A DNA stretch of 63,775 nucleotides, counting the filler, from Octopus bimaculoides (Eukaryota), in the NCBI RefSeq assembly GCF_001194135.2. It is 7 parts of 6 records of this genome, joined end to end, with 100 filler letters (N's around TTAATTAATTAA, not from the genome) between each part and the next. Parts side by side here need not be neighbours in the genome. Positions count along the whole stretch, not along the records: positions 1 to 13,001 come from NC_068982.1; positions 13,102 to 17,314 come from NW_026418910.1; positions 17,415 to 30,268 come from NC_068995.1; 4 more parts are not named here. One strand, written 5' to 3'. Both the position numbers and the translations under genes were made by a program. Shown in pieces: positions 11,707 to 24,790 of the stretch (position 1 is the stretch's first letter; every line of letters begins with the position of its first letter). The notes beneath the pieces were generated by a model that was given only the letters and a program-made list of their open reading frames with translations, was not told the origin of the DNA and did not search any database.

Positions 11707-11949
11707 AGACAATCTACATTTGCTCTACTCCAAAATAGTTCTAACCTTGAAGCCACCTTATGACTTAACCCACATACACCCCCAATGCTTATTATCAAGT
11801 AAACTCAATATCCATTTTCATACCTTATCCTACAATTACCCCATTCATACATTTAACTACTTCAACATTAACCTTTCCCTTTCTAAACTATTCACTAGTT
11901 ACATGTCATCTCTTGATTAACCAACTTACAAGTATATTTAACTATAAAT

Positions 11950-12235
11950 TATCATCATCATTGTCTTCATCAACATTTAACATCTATTTTCCATGCTGGT
12001 ATGGGTTGGATGGTTTGACAGGAACTGACAAGGCCAGGGACCACACCAAGTTCCATAGCCTGTTTTGGCTCAGTTTCTACAGCTGTATGCCCTTCCTAAT
12101 GCCAGTCACTTTAAAGAGTGTACTGGGTGCTTTTCATGTGGCACATCACTTGTGCTTTTTATGTGGCACCAACATGAGAGCTTTTTACATGGTACCAGTA
12201 CCCGCACCATTGCTTTTTATATGGCACCTTGGTTT
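11950..12235 (-). mobile_element. RTE LINE 3' tail and UTR
   Basis: catcatcat...tttccatgctggtatgggttggatggtttgac...tttctacagctgtatgcccttcctaatgcc, followed by short UTR repeats. Confidence 0.7.
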
Positions 12236-12434
12236 TAAGATTAATTCTGCTGTGGTGGGTGGGTGTATTTGAGTACAGCAATACACCACATATCTTAGTC
12301 CTCTGATAAAGATAGTAACAAATATGTGTATTAACATAATTATCTGTATGGGTATTTTGATTTACAGCAGTAATAATACACACACATACACACATGCATA
12401 CATACACATGCACACACCTACACACATGTTAAAA

Positions 12435-12672
12435 AAGTTACCTTCTCGAGTCATACTGAGTCATAAGGGTTGATTTCCTAGTTTCATGGTGTATATATTC
12501 CCCATTTGGATGGGATGCTAATCCGTCGCAGGATTACTCATTTTTGTCAGCTGAGTGGACTGGAGCAACGTGAAATGAAGTGTTTTGCTCAAGAACACAA
12601 TGTGCCATCCAGTTCAGGAACCAAGAGCACGATCTTACGATCATAAGTCCAATGCCCTAACCACTAAGCCAC
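12435..12672 (-). mobile_element. tRNA-derived SINE family D
   Basis: The minus head gtggcttagtggttagggcattgg...gtgttcttgagcaaaacacttcatttcacgttgctccagtccactcagctg is shared with 14478, 56990-57272 and 62595. Confidence 0.75.
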
Positions 12673-12961
12673 TTGTCGCTACACACATTCACATGTGTGT
12701 ATATTTTTAATTAAATTTGAGTGCAGTGGCTTTACTTAACACCCAATAAAAGTTCTTTTACCATTATTGTATGTATGTATGTATATATGAGTCAAGTAGA
12801 AGGACTTCAATGGGGTGGCATGGCCTCTTACAAATAGTAGCAAAATTACCCTCTAACCACACACAACTGTCTATGTTATGTATGAGCCAAAGAGAAAGAC
12901 TTCTACATAGTAACTAGATATAATAGAAATATCAGCCAAACCTCTCCTACTATCTTAAGCA

Positions 12962-13001
<40 letters not shown>

Positions 13002-13101
13002 NNNNNNNNNNNNNNNNNNNNNNNNNNNNNNNNNNNNNNNNNNNNTTAATTAATTAANNNNNNNNNNNNNNNNNNNNNNNNNNNNNNNNNNNNNNNNNNN
13101 N
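13002..13101. other. Fixed 100-bp assembly spacer (44N-TTAATTAATTAA-44N); identical blocks at 17315-17414, 30269-30368, 39189-39288, 53600-53699 and 59090-59189
   Basis: The same geometry appears six times, and TTAATTAATTAA places stop codons in all six frames. Confidence 0.95.
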
Positions 13102-14029
13102 TGTTTGTACCCCCACCATTGCTTGACAACTGATGTTGCTGTGTTTATATTTCCGTAACTTAGCGGTTTGGTACAAGACATTGACACAATGAGTACTACG
13201 CTTACAAAGAATAAATCCTGTGGTTGATTTCTTCGACCAACGGCAGTGCTCCACCGCAGCCACATGACTGAAACAAGTAAAGCAATAAAAATTTATGCCA
13301 TTTTAATCCCGAGCAAGGCCGAGTATCTCTGCTAGTATATATATAAAGTTAAAACTTACTTGCAAATGGATGCATAGCATTCGATAATACATATATGTAT
13401 GTATACATGCATATGCTCATATATCATTTGTATTATATATATATATATNNNNNNNNNNAAAGGAAAATTACTATGTAATTGACCGTTATTAAGACAAAAG
13501 AGCTATTAGAATGACTGTTAAATAAGGGGAAAAACTGAAGGGGAGAAAGTAAAAAAGTAAAAAAGTAAAAATTCTCATAGAAATCGCATATACGCATATG
13601 TACATACATACACATGCGTGCACGCACATGCACACACACATGCACAATTATATTCAAATACATGTCTAAAAATATGCACATGTTATATATGCATATGCTC
13701 ATTCACACTCACGTGAAAAACATGCATGTACACCCACCTATATATGCAGCCATGCACATGTACATATACATGTACATATATGCATACCCGTACATACATA
13801 TACGGATATATACCCATACATGCACAAAAATGTTCATATGCACATCTATATACGCACATGCACAAGAAAAATGCTGGATGAAAGGTAAAATACAGAAAAA
13901 ATATATAAAGCAATAAAAATATATATATAAATATGTAAAAAAATATGTATAAAAAATATAGAGAGATAAAAGGCTTGTACGTGGACACAATATAAAAAAC
14001 GGATTCTATTTGTGATCTTGTGGGGACCA

Positions 14030-14408
14030 AAAACGTATCAAATATTTAGCCATATGTGGACATGACCCAAAAAGTTCAGTTCTTGAATTTAGGCATGTAG
14101 CTGCTTTTCCAGATGAGCCATCTTTCCATATCACAAAGACCGCACTTATCACTGCCGTTGGTGTAAGGTTTACACTTGGCTAAGATTTTCCAATGGATGT
14201 TGTAACTGACACCTTTATCTTTTAAGGACCATGTATGACTGGATAATTTGGTTGTTTTTCTTTTATTCCAGTGCCTGAAGCTCAAGGTGTGATTGTTGAA
14301 CCTGGCCTTAAAATTCCCCTCTGTGAGACCCACATATTTCTTTGACAAAACTGTATCCTTAGTAGTTGTAGAGTCTACGGTGGCTTCATAAATGAGGGTC
14401 TCGGACAT
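14030..14408 (-). mobile_element. Penelope-like element, GIY-YIG endonuclease fragment
   Basis: LIYEATV...KKYVGLTEGNFKARFNNHTLSF...LSSHTWSLKD..YNIHWKILAKCKPY...KCGLCDME. It has the IY/YVG motifs, Arg, His and terminal CxxC typical of PLE endonucleases. Confidence 0.85.
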
Positions 14409-14477
14409 GTAAGCTCCATTTAGTGGGCAAAAAATTTTATCCCTGCATGAACAGCTGGTTTCATTTTGTGGTTTTTT

Positions 14478-14710
14478 TGTGGCTCAGTGGTTAGAGCATT
14501 GAGCTTATGATTGTGAGGTTGTGAGTTCGATTCCCAGACAGGGCTGTGTATTGTGTTCTTGAGCAAGACACTTTATTTCACGTTGCTCCAGTTAACTCAG
14601 CTGTAGAAATGAGTTGCGACATCACTGGTGCCAATCTGTATAAGCCTTTGCCTTTCCTTTGGATAACATCAGTGGTATGAAGAGAGGAGGCTGGTATGCA
14701 TGGGCACGTT
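14478..14710 (+). mobile_element. tRNA-derived SINE family D
   Basis: A-box ggctcagtggttagagc, B-box gttcgattccc, body gtgttcttgagcaagacactttatttcacgttgctccag. Confidence 0.85.
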
Positions 14711-14979
14711 TTTTTGCTGGCTCAAGCCAAATCCTAGGCAAATTGAGAGTAATCTATTTATGTTGTGTGTTGTGTGCGATTATGTTTTTAAATTAGAAGT
14801 TGAGCTAAAACTGATTTTTAAGTTAAGTCTATTGAAGAGCTTTCTGTAACTATTATTGACTGGAAAATGTCTATCTATAAGTGCTAAGAAATACTTATCT
14901 ATATTAAAGATCACTTACATAGGTGATCTTTAATATTAAAGGCCATCATTATATTTTGACAATCTTTATTTTTTGTTAG

Positions 14980-16140
14980 AAAGCTGACACATCTATTTCT
15001 TTATTCAAGCTCATTTTGTGCTTTTTAAAGTATTTATAAATCGTTCTTTGCTATTTTTGTTTAGAGAGGGATAAGTCGGAAATTTGTACAGTTTTGAAAT
15101 ATGAGTTCTTTCTTGGAAATACAGCATCACAGACAGCTCAGAAAATTAATTAATGAAGTATTTCATTCTAATGTTATTACACAGCAGACAATATCAAATT
15201 GGTTTTCAAAACTTTGTTCTAGTAACTTTGACCTCACAAATGAGCAATGCGGTTGATCAAAAACAGAGGTGGATAATGACGAACTGAAAGCCACCATCAA
15301 GTCAGATCCATCTCAAAGTGCCATTGAATTATCACTGTTGTATGGTGTTAGCAAACAAACAATATTAACTCACCTAGTTCAAATCGGTAAAGTGAAAAAG
15401 TTGGATAAGTGGGTTCCACATGAATTCAATGAAAATCAGAAACAGTAATGTTTTGAAGCTTGCATTATGCTACTTTCTCGTCACAAAATAAATAATTTTG
15501 AATCGAATTGTAACATGTAATAAGAAATGGATCCAATACAACAACCATAAATGCCAGCACAATGGTTGGACAAAGACGAGCCACCAAAACACAGTCCAAA
15601 AAGCAAAATTCATCAAAAGAAGCTGATGGTGTGTGTTTGGTGGTCTGGTGCAGGTGTGATCTATTATGATTTCATTAAAACCTGGTTCATCAATCACAGA
15701 TGAAGTATACTGCAGCCAGCTGGACCAAATGATGCAGAAATTTACAAAAGGCAACCTAGATTAGTCAACAGATCTACTCCTATTTTATTGCAAGACAACG
15801 CCAGACCAATCATCGCAAAAATGACATTGGCAAAACTACAGGAGTTGGAGTTGGAAGTTTTCCATCACCCACCATACTCACCTGATCTTACCCCCACTGA
15901 TTACCACTTCTTCCAGAATTTGGATAACTTTTTGATAAGAAAAAAATTTAATCTTGACGAAGCTGTAAAATAGGCCTTCTAAGATTTTATTGACTCTAGA
16001 TTGCCAAGCTTTTACAGTTCAGGGCTGGACAAGCTACCGCCGAAATGGCAAAAGTGTATTGACAATATGGGTGCATACTTTGATGAATAAAATTATTCCT
16101 TGTATTTATAAAACATTAGCAAACTTTTTTTCTACAAATT
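14980..16140 (+). mobile_element. Mariner (DD34D) transposase pseudogene, nearly full length with frameshifts and stops
   Basis: Motifs WVPHE, RIVTCNKKWI, KKLMVCVWWSGAGVIYY and LQDNARP...HPPYSPDLTPTDYHFF. There are 34 residues between the second and third Asp. Confidence 0.9.
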
Positions 16141-17484
16141 TCATNNNNNNNNNNNNNNNNNNNNNNNNNNNNNNNNNNNNNNNNNNNNNNNNNNNNNNNN
16201 NNNNNNNNNNNNNNNNNNNNNNNNNNNNNNNNNNNNNNNNNNNNNNNNNNNNNNNNNNNNNNNNNNNNNNNNNNNNNNNNNNNNNNNNNNNNNNNNNNNN
16301 NNNNNNNNNNNNNNNNNNNNNNNNNNNNNNNNNNNNNNNNNNNNNNNNNNNNNNNNNNNNNNNNNNNNNNNNNNNNNNNNNNNNNNNNNNNNNNNNNNNN
16401 NNNNNNNNNNNNNNNNNNNNNNNNNNNNNNNNNNNNNNNNNNNNNNNNNNNNNNNNNNNNNNNNNNNNNNNNNNNNNNNNNNNNNNNNNNNNNNNNNNNN
16501 NNNNNNNNNNNNNNNNNNNNNNNNNNNNNNNNNNNNNNNNNNNNNNNNNNNNNNNNNNNNNNNNNNNNNNNNNNNNNNNNNNNNNNNNNNNNNNNNNNNN
16601 NNNNNNNNNNNNNNNNNNNNNNNNNNNNNNNNNNNNNNNNNNNNNNNNNNNNNNNNNNNNNNNNNNNNNNNNNNNNNNNNNNNNNNNNNNNNNNNNNNNN
16701 NNNNNNNNNNNNNNNNNNNNNNNNCAAGACCGCCAGCTAAATCCTTTGTTCTCACTATCCTTCTAGATAGCTATAAAAACAGGAGACCCCAAGCAAAGTT
16801 TCTTTTTAGTCACCAGTCGGTGACGACTCAACAACTTAGTCACCAGTCAGTGACGATTGGATATCTAGAGCCATGGACACAAGCAGGCAGCCCCTAAAAG
16901 ACAAACGGCCAGAGGGAGAAAAAAGTTTACTGTCAGCCACTGTGAGACAACGTCGCACACCTTACAACTAATACAAGCTCGCATCCTTTTCTCTTTAACA
17001 CTACCATCACTCTCTCTACATAAATACTACTATGAGAAAGTGTACATACATATACAGGCCAAAATTAACTTTCTTTTCCTTGCATGTTTTAAGAACTGCA
17101 TTATATGATTACACTAACCTACTCACCTACCCATCGTGGTATGGCAACTACTAGTGTAACGGTAAAATAAATATTTTCCTAAAAACTTCATGAATTGTTC
17201 ATCTTGCGCATCCTGCAGCACATCGCTACAAACTAACAATTATCGTAACAATTGGTAATCTCTGACTAACTAACATCATAACAGTTACATATATATATAT
17301 ATTTTTTTTTTTTTNNNNNNNNNNNNNNNNNNNNNNNNNNNNNNNNNNNNNNNNNNNNTTAATTAATTAANNNNNNNNNNNNNNNNNNNNNNNNNNNNNN
17401 NNNNNNNNNNNNNNCGAAAAGAAAAACTCTACATTTGTATTTTGTCCCCTCTATGTTGAGCCCTGTGTGGCTAATAAAGAAACA

Positions 17485-17557
<73 letters not shown>

Positions 17558-17566
17558 GTCTATCTG

Positions 17567-17632
<66 letters not shown>
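17485..17632. repeat. (TATC)n tetranucleotide microsatellite
   Basis: Directly visible. Confidence 0.95.
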
Positions 17633-17633
<1 letters not shown>

Positions 17634-18609
17634 GTATAAGTAAGATTATAGAACAAGTTCCAAAGATCACAAAATTTACCTACCATCATCAATATGTATA
17701 AAGAAAATTAGCTCAGTGTCTATATTCTAACGGCAGAATGTTTTTATGCATTTATACAAAATGTGTACAAATATTGTTATCCTCTCATGCTTGCAAAATT
17801 TTATATTATGCCATTTAAAATATCTCTTTATATTGAGCATGTGATACAAAAGAATCTGGGAACCCTGTTCTTGGTGATGTAACTGTTAGTATTCATAAAT
17901 CAAAATGTAAAACTTGAAGGCATTGTGCATAAATACAATTTACAGCGATAAAAAGGAAGCACGTTGTATATTGAGAAGCAAATATTAGCCTAGTAGGAAT
18001 ACTGGTGGCGCCTCTATGTATTTATTTGACTTGATAAAAATAACAAACTTCCATCAAATAACATCACCCACCATCTGATTAAAAACCATAAAAGGAAGGA
18101 ATTATCACGGACGGAGTGTTTTTGATTAGGGTTCTACTCGATCAAGACTTGTCTGGGAATTAAAAAATAACATAAGCTGTAATATGGAGTAGTTAGCTGA
18201 GAATTTTATATGATATCGAATATGACAACACTTAACATATATGGCCCTGAAAGTCGTCAAGTCATATTACTCTGGGACATCCCTGGACTCACTCATGGAA
18301 AAGAATCGACGAAAAAATGCGTTGTTATTGTCATTAATATCGTGAATAAGCGAGCATGTTCGTGGTCAGTTTATATGTTTTGTGACAAGATCATTGAAAT
18401 AGATAAAGTGAGTCCAACTACCAATATATAAGGACCGAAAAATGGTGGGGGAAGAGAACATATATATATATAGGGAATATATATATAATGTTGGAAAGTA
18501 TAAAAAGTAGAGAATAATGATTACAACGATCACGCAATAACATTACACTATTCATAGCTGATGCAATGACTTCATCAAATGAAAATAGTCAATACTAATG
18601 AGAGAAAAA

Positions 18610-18800
18610 TTTAACTCCTACATGATTGCTCGACTTGCTAGAAATAGTAGCTAATCTCACTCAAATCTACAATCTTTGAAATAGAAGGTCACATTTGATA
18701 ACGTAATCCTAGACACATAAAAAGACAGAATAGTCATGTCTGGAAAGCCTATGATGAGAGATGTGCTCTGTCAGAGCAGGCCCGGGGCTAAACAACATTC
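18610..18800. repeat. Interspersed repeat (SINE-like tail), related to 12800-12960, 60700-60800 and 61060-61170
   Basis: Shared motifs ctagaaatag(t/c)agc..aatctc and its reverse complement gatttggctgct.tttct. Confidence 0.45.
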
Positions 18801-18849
18801 CAACACACAGGTCACTTTTTAGATCTCGGTTTTCTTTTCACATCTGAAT

Positions 18850-19930
18850 TCAGATGCACCAGACAAGTTTACGCTTCATCAAATTTTTGTATAAAAAGAG
18901 ATATAGAGATTTAGTTCTCATACATATGTTATATAATAATATAGAGGAACAGAAATTGTTTCAAATTTGTATCAGTCAGTCGAAACCGCATTAGTTTTTT
19001 CACTCCTGAACGTCGTTTCGAAACGACAGACATAAATCTGAATATCCTTTTTTTAGTTTTAAATATTCCCTGGGTAATGAAATTAATCTGTCCATAGCAT
19101 CTTTAAGTAAGAGAAACTCATCAAACTTCATTTTCTAAAATTGAGCAAGATGTCAAGTTAATTTTATACTGCTAGGTATTATCTTGATCATTTTGTTCAT
19201 TTACTGCAAAATGGGTATATAAATGCAAATATCTTCTTTGGTAAAATCACGAAGCTAGATTTCAAATTATTCTTGCATTGATCTGATTTTCTGCAACATA
19301 TTTTGTAAAATGGTTATTACATTCAGTACATTGACTTTGGTCTTTTAGAGGTAGAAACTATTTCAAATTCTCATTTTTAACCGAGATGAACAGTTTTAAT
19401 TCCATCTTGAATACTTTGATATCATTTACAAATTAGGAAACATTTGTTCTCATTTCTCAGCCTCAAATTTATATCATTTCGATAACATTAACTAAAAATA
19501 TAAATCAAATAGCCAGTTGTTATCACATAGGAGAGGACTTTCTTTGGGCAATTCATATTTCTCTTCCTGAAAATTATCCTCATTATTTTCCAATTTCCAA
19601 AACCTATTCTAACCGCCCTTCTAGAAAACCAGCGTATCTCATAATGGAGAGCAAGATCACTATATACCAAATCTAACATTTCGCCATATTCCCGTCTGGT
19701 TAATGGTCTTGCTTAGTTTTATTCACGTATTTTACAACCGTTAATATAACATGCCAAAAGTAGTTGTTTTCCACACGTCTCTTTGTGTACAATACATTGA
19801 TATTTTAGAAGAGGACGATCTGAAATGTTTTCAACTAAGGTTGTAGTTCCTAATGGTATCACCAGCAGTACTATAACTTCAACTCTGTTAGTCCAAATCT
19901 AAATGCCTTCACTGACGATATTTTGCTGAT
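18850..19930 (-). mobile_element. hAT (Charlie/SPIN-like) transposase relic
   Basis: The minus strand gives QCIVHKETCGK (CxxH) and YSDLALHYEIRWFSR, which resembles the DLPYHTEVRWLSR motif of Charlie-type transposases. It is heavily degraded. Confidence 0.65.
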
Positions 19931-20173
19931 TACCCTAGTATGTGAATATTTTATCAAATATATTTATGTCTCGTTCTTCCGTGAAATGACGCATGGCGTG
20001 TGTAGCATTTCGGCATTCTCTCTTCTACTACCACCCACATTTCTTCATACTCCTCGAAAACAAACTGGGCAGGGATACCCACTATGGTTTCAGGTTCAAA
20101 CAACATTGAATTCCAGCAACATTCCCGATTTGTTTCGTTGGTGAGTTGATTTTATTCTTATCACCTTTCCATT

Positions 20174-20314
20174 AAAGTGTAACAAAAGGTAAGTGATTAA
20201 CACATGGACCAAGTGAGTGTGCTAGTAACGGTAGAAATGGTATATTACCATTTCTACCGTTACTAGCACACTCAATTGGTCCATGTGTTAATCACTTATC
20301 TTTTGATACACTTT
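20174..20314. repeat. Near-perfect 141-bp palindrome
   Basis: Arms of ~69 bp with about 3 mismatches around a 3-nt loop (tggta-tat-tacca). Confidence 0.9.
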
Positions 20315-21309
20315 TTATGTTGCAAAAAGGGAATATAATAAATCCTTGCGATGTGCAAATAATTATGAATACTGTTCTATCATCCACCTCACTTTTGCAC
20401 GTGGTAACATCTGTTCCGAGCTGTTTTCTCGTCAAGTATCGTACTACAGCGCACCTCTTGCGAGTATAGTGACATTTATGTGGCAATTGATTACTGCAAC
20501 TTCCTTTCTTCTACTGAAGATAAGTTGATAAATCTTTTTTGCTTTCATTTTGTTTACTTCTTTTGATTAGAAGTTTCATAAAATCAGGTCAAGTTTTATC
20601 ACGTTTGGCCTCTTTTACATATAAATCTTTTCCTTCAAAATAATGAGTTGTTCACTGGCTTATGACTAAACCAAACATTTTTTTGTTTTTATTGTTATCG
20701 TTGTTTTCACATTGTTTTCACTGTTGTTGCCACCATCATTCGTTTGGTGTCGTCATCTTTATTGTTGTTGGTCTTTGCATTGCTGCTATTGTACTGGTTG
20801 TTGTTGCTTATTTGTCTATCAATCATGTATGAACACTATCTTATTATCAAAAGAAAACCAAGATATTTATATCCACTAGTCTCAATATCACATTTATTTT
20901 TCTGGTATTTCACCCTCTTCGTTCTTTCAACACTCTCTTCCACATCTTCTTTCATACAATCCTCTCAGCAACATCATTCCTTCTCAAGGACCCACGTTTT
21001 TTATTCTTTATGAACATTTTCTCAATAAAACATTTCAAACAAACAATTTCCCCGTGAGGTATTTTTGGCAAATGGTAGAAACTTCAACAAAAAGAAGTGG
21101 ATTAGCTCCTCTGTACAACTGACAAAAGTTGTTATAAAAAACCCTTCATTTCTAGAGAATTGTGAAGAAGTCCTAGAGCCGCCATTGAATATGCTTTCCT
21201 CGTCAATGGCAATGTCCAGTGATGACGGTGTTGGTGTCGATAATAATAATAACAATCAAACAACAACAACAATAATGATAATAATGTACAACGCGAATAC
21301 AAAAACGCT

Positions 21310-21891
21310 ATGACAATGTGGAAAGGATGATCAATTGGGAGCTCTGTGGAAATTACGGCCTACAAAGAACAAAGACGTGGTATGAGAAAACCCCAGAAGG
21401 AGTCACCGAGAATGAGAATTGCAAAATCCTGTGTGATACAATGATCCAGTGCGACCACCTGACCATCCATCGGAAACCGGACATTGTTGTGGTGAATAAA
21501 AAAAGAAATAACATGCATGATAATCGACATAGCATGCCCCGATGGCAACAGGACCAATGTGAAAGAAGAATAAAAATAAACAACTATGACGATTTGTAGG
21601 TTGTGGTCAATGAGGAGAGTAGACATGATACAGATAGTAATTGGTGCACTTGGAAATATCAGCACTCAATTACCAGTAAAGCTAAAAAATATTGGTGCAA
21701 GTGTGAAGGCAGAACACCTACAAAAATCAGCATTGCTTGGAACTGCAAGAATTCGTCGCAGGGTTCTTGAAGCATGACCAGTAAACAAGTGTCACCTTAG
21801 TCTGCTAGCTGTGGACAGCTCACACTTTCCATCATACTCAGCAAAATAAGCTGTGAGTTTTCATCACATAATGATAATTGCTCTCTCACTC

Positions 21892-21892
<1 letters not shown>
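21310..21892 (+). mobile_element. RLE LINE (R4/Dong-like) 3' fragment ending in (TAA)n
   Basis: INWELCGNYG..WYEKTPEGVTENENCKILCD..HRKPDIVVV..IVIGALG..LQKSALLGTARIRRRVLEA*, then a 3'UTR and the (TAA)n at 21892-21950. Confidence 0.85.
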
Positions 21893-21949
<57 letters not shown>

Positions 21950-21952
<3 letters not shown>

Positions 21953-23330
21953 CTTATAATGCAGAAAGGCAAAGTAGTGTCGTCTGATGGGGGTAGGACT
22001 CCTCAACAACGAGAAAATCAAGGATATTGAGACTAGTGGATATAAATATCTGGTATTTTGGAATATGACAAAATCAAGGAGAGCTTAGGCGAGAATATTT
22101 CAGAAGAACCAAATTAAGTATGGGAAGTAGGCTCAATGGATAAAAAAACAGATCAGGGCAATGAACAAATGAGCTGTTTCCTTAATGCGATATGACGCTG
22201 GTGTTATTAGGTGGACAAAGAACGAGCTTGAGGAAATGGACAGGAAAACCAGAAAAGTGATAACAGTTAACAAGGAACTACACCCCAAAATCTGTATGTG
22301 CTTAGGAACAATGAAGGAAGAGGCTTCATAAGATGCAAAATCTGTGTCGTCAACGAGAAGAACAGTCTGGGATAGTACATCAAACAGTAGAATGAATCCT
22401 TGCTTGCCGCTGTTAGAATTAACAATATAATACCTACCAAAAATGTAATGCACCCACAATCATTTAAGAAACAAGATGAAGAAAGAATAAACAACTGGAA
22501 AATGAAATCACTCAGAGAAATCTAAGGGAAAGATAAGACCAAGACTTGGAGATGGCTAAGAAAAAGTGATCTGAAGCACTCAGGAACAAGCTCTGAGAAC
22601 TAATTACACCAAGTTCCAAATAGACAAGAGCAGAAAATCGCCCCTTTGTAGGATGTGTGACAGCAGAAACGAAACAATCTCATATATTGTGAGTGAGTAT
22701 AGCAAGCTGGCCCAAAAGCACTACAGAAGGAGGCACGATAACGTGATTAATTTTGTTCACTGGAGGCTATGTGAAAAGTATGGCCTAGATAGAGCACGGA
22801 AATGGTACGAACATGAACAAGAATTACCGAGAACAATGAATATAAGATACTGTGGGATTTTACAATCCAATATGACTCAGAAACCAGATATTTTTGGGAT
22901 AGATACAAGCAAAAAGGAAACCAAGATTATAGATATTGCAATACCTGGGGATGCACGCATAAGTGACAAAAACTAGAAAAGATTGAAAGGTAAAGACTAA
23001 TAAAAGGCGAAATTTCAAGAATGTGGACTATGAGGTGACTGTCTGTCATCCCAATAGTTGTAGGGGCACTTGAAGTACTAACAACCAATTTCGAGAAATA
23101 TGTCAGAGGAATCAGTATTTACATGAGAGCAGAGAAAACCCAAAAAACTGTTCTATTGGGGATAGCTAGAATTTTGAGATTGAAAATGGGATGTTGAATA
23201 TCTTCCACGATAATTAACAACCAAGTAACAAAGCTTATAACGTGGGGAAAGAGACGCTGTGAGACCTCTGACAACAGGCTGCTGTCCGCTCTCACAGAAA
23301 AAGTAAGACATCAACAACAGCAGCAGCAGC
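21950..23330 (+). mobile_element. RLE LINE (R4/Dong-like) fragment from RT C-terminus to 3' end
   Basis: GYKYLG, CRMCDSRNETISYIVSE..YRRRHDNV..VHWRLCEKYG, KPDIFGID..IIDIAIPGD. It is flanked by trinucleotide tracts. Confidence 0.85.
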
Positions 23331-23352
23331 AACAACAACAGCAACAATGATC

Positions 23353-23401
<49 letters not shown>

Positions 23402-23409
23402 NNNNNNNN

Positions 23410-23582
23410 NNTAATAATAATAATCCTTTCTACTGTAGACACAAAGCCTTAAATTTGGTGAGGAGGTGACTAGTCGATTAGTCACCTAGTGTTTCACTGG
23501 TATTCAATTTATCGATTCAGAAAAGGATGAAAGACAAAGTCGACCTCGGAGTGCTAACGATCCTGCCAGCTCGCTGCCTTAA
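23410..23582 (-). mobile_element. tRNA-derived SINE family C (TAA-associated); further copies at about 9040, 10050, 10190, 29030, 31100, 31390, 33230, 40105, 40200, 47200, 48850, 50410 and 60215
   Basis: The consensus head is ggcggcgagctggcagaatcgttagcac with B-box gttcaaattcc. The core is gtcgactttgcctttcatcctttcggggtcgataaa, and the tail is ...gtagaaaggattattatt. Confidence 0.8.
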
Positions 23583-23595
23583 TAATAATAACAAT

Positions 23596-23633
<38 letters not shown>

Positions 23634-23704
23634 AAACAACAACAACAACAACAACAACAACGACGACGACGACGACGACAACAACAACAACAACAGCAAT
23701 GATA

Positions 23705-23739
<35 letters not shown>

Positions 23740-23742
<3 letters not shown>

Positions 23743-24790
23743 AAAATAAAAGAATATCACAGGAGAATAAGACTCGTACTAAAAACTGAACTCAACTCTA
23801 AAAATCACATCGAAGCCATTAACACCCTGGCACTTCCAGTAGTCCAATATAGTTTTAACATTTAACATCATTAACTGGAATCTTACAGAGCTCCAACACC
23901 TGGATAGGAAAACAAGAAAGATGGTAATTTCTAAGAACATGCACCAACCAAATGTATATGTTGATCGTCTGTAACTACCTAAAAGTAATGGGAAAAGAAG
24001 AATGATGCAGGTAGAACTGTGCTATAAGACCTTCACAATAGCAATGAACAGGTACCTATCTAGTACAGGGGACTGAATGCTGCGACATGTGTGCAAACAT
24101 GAAAGCAGCAAAAAGTCACATTCGACTGTCAAGGAAGTTTGTAAATTCGCAAGAGAACTTGGTCTTAACCCTAAAATAGGTGAAGAACCTCAAATCACTG
24201 CCACAAAACAAGCAAAATGGATCAAGGAGACTTGCAAAAAAGAACGGGCAGAAACAAATTGAGGAGCGATGGAGCCAGAAGCCTCTACATGGGCAGTATA
24301 TACTTCGAAGTCGAAATGCTGATGTAAATCAAACAACAACCCATCAGTGGCTGAGAAATTCAGGACTGAAAGCAGAGACTGAAGGTTTCATATTGGCGAC
24401 GAGATCAAAGCTTGATCACAAAAACTACTAGGCTAACGTTCTTCAAAACGATTCTGACCCTAAATGCAGATTCTGCGATACATTTGACGAAACAGTAGAC
24501 CATCTCGTCTCGGGATGTCCTGTGCTGACACCAAGCGAATATAAAAATCGCCACGATAGGGTAGGACAGTATTTACATTGGAAAATATGTAAGTACTACA
24601 AAATCAGCACTCCTACTTATTGATACGAACATCATCCTGAGCCAGTTGTTGAAGGTAAAATTATCACTATTCTTTGGGATTTTCCAGTCAACACTACAGA
24701 ACGTTTCAGGCTAATCGACCAGACATAATTATTAAAGACAGCTAATAAAATACTTGTAGACTAATAGATGTAAGTATTCCCACTGACATC
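23740..24790 (+). mobile_element. RLE LINE (R4/Dong-like) fragment
   Basis: YHRRIRLVLKTELNSKNHIEAINTLALPVVQYSF, KPLHGQY..THQWLRNSGLKAETEGFI, CRFCDTFDETVDHLVSGCPVL..YKNRHDRVGQYLHWKIC (CCHC), and RPDIIIKD. Confidence 0.9.

Noticed and set aside
13046-13057. TTAATTAATTAA recurring six times as a possible biological motif (homeodomain or PacI site)
   Set aside because: It is always centred in an exact 44N-12-44N block, so it is an assembly linker.
14478-14550. tRNA gene calls from A/B-box sequences
   Set aside because: They are followed by SINE bodies, are multi-copy and degenerate, and show no complete cloverleaf.
23527-23760. Poly-Asn/Asp ORF fused to LINE-like sequence (similarly the poly-Thr/Ser ORFs at 29300 and 59660)
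   Set aside because: A trinucleotide tract abuts a LINE fragment, and the frame continuity is incidental.
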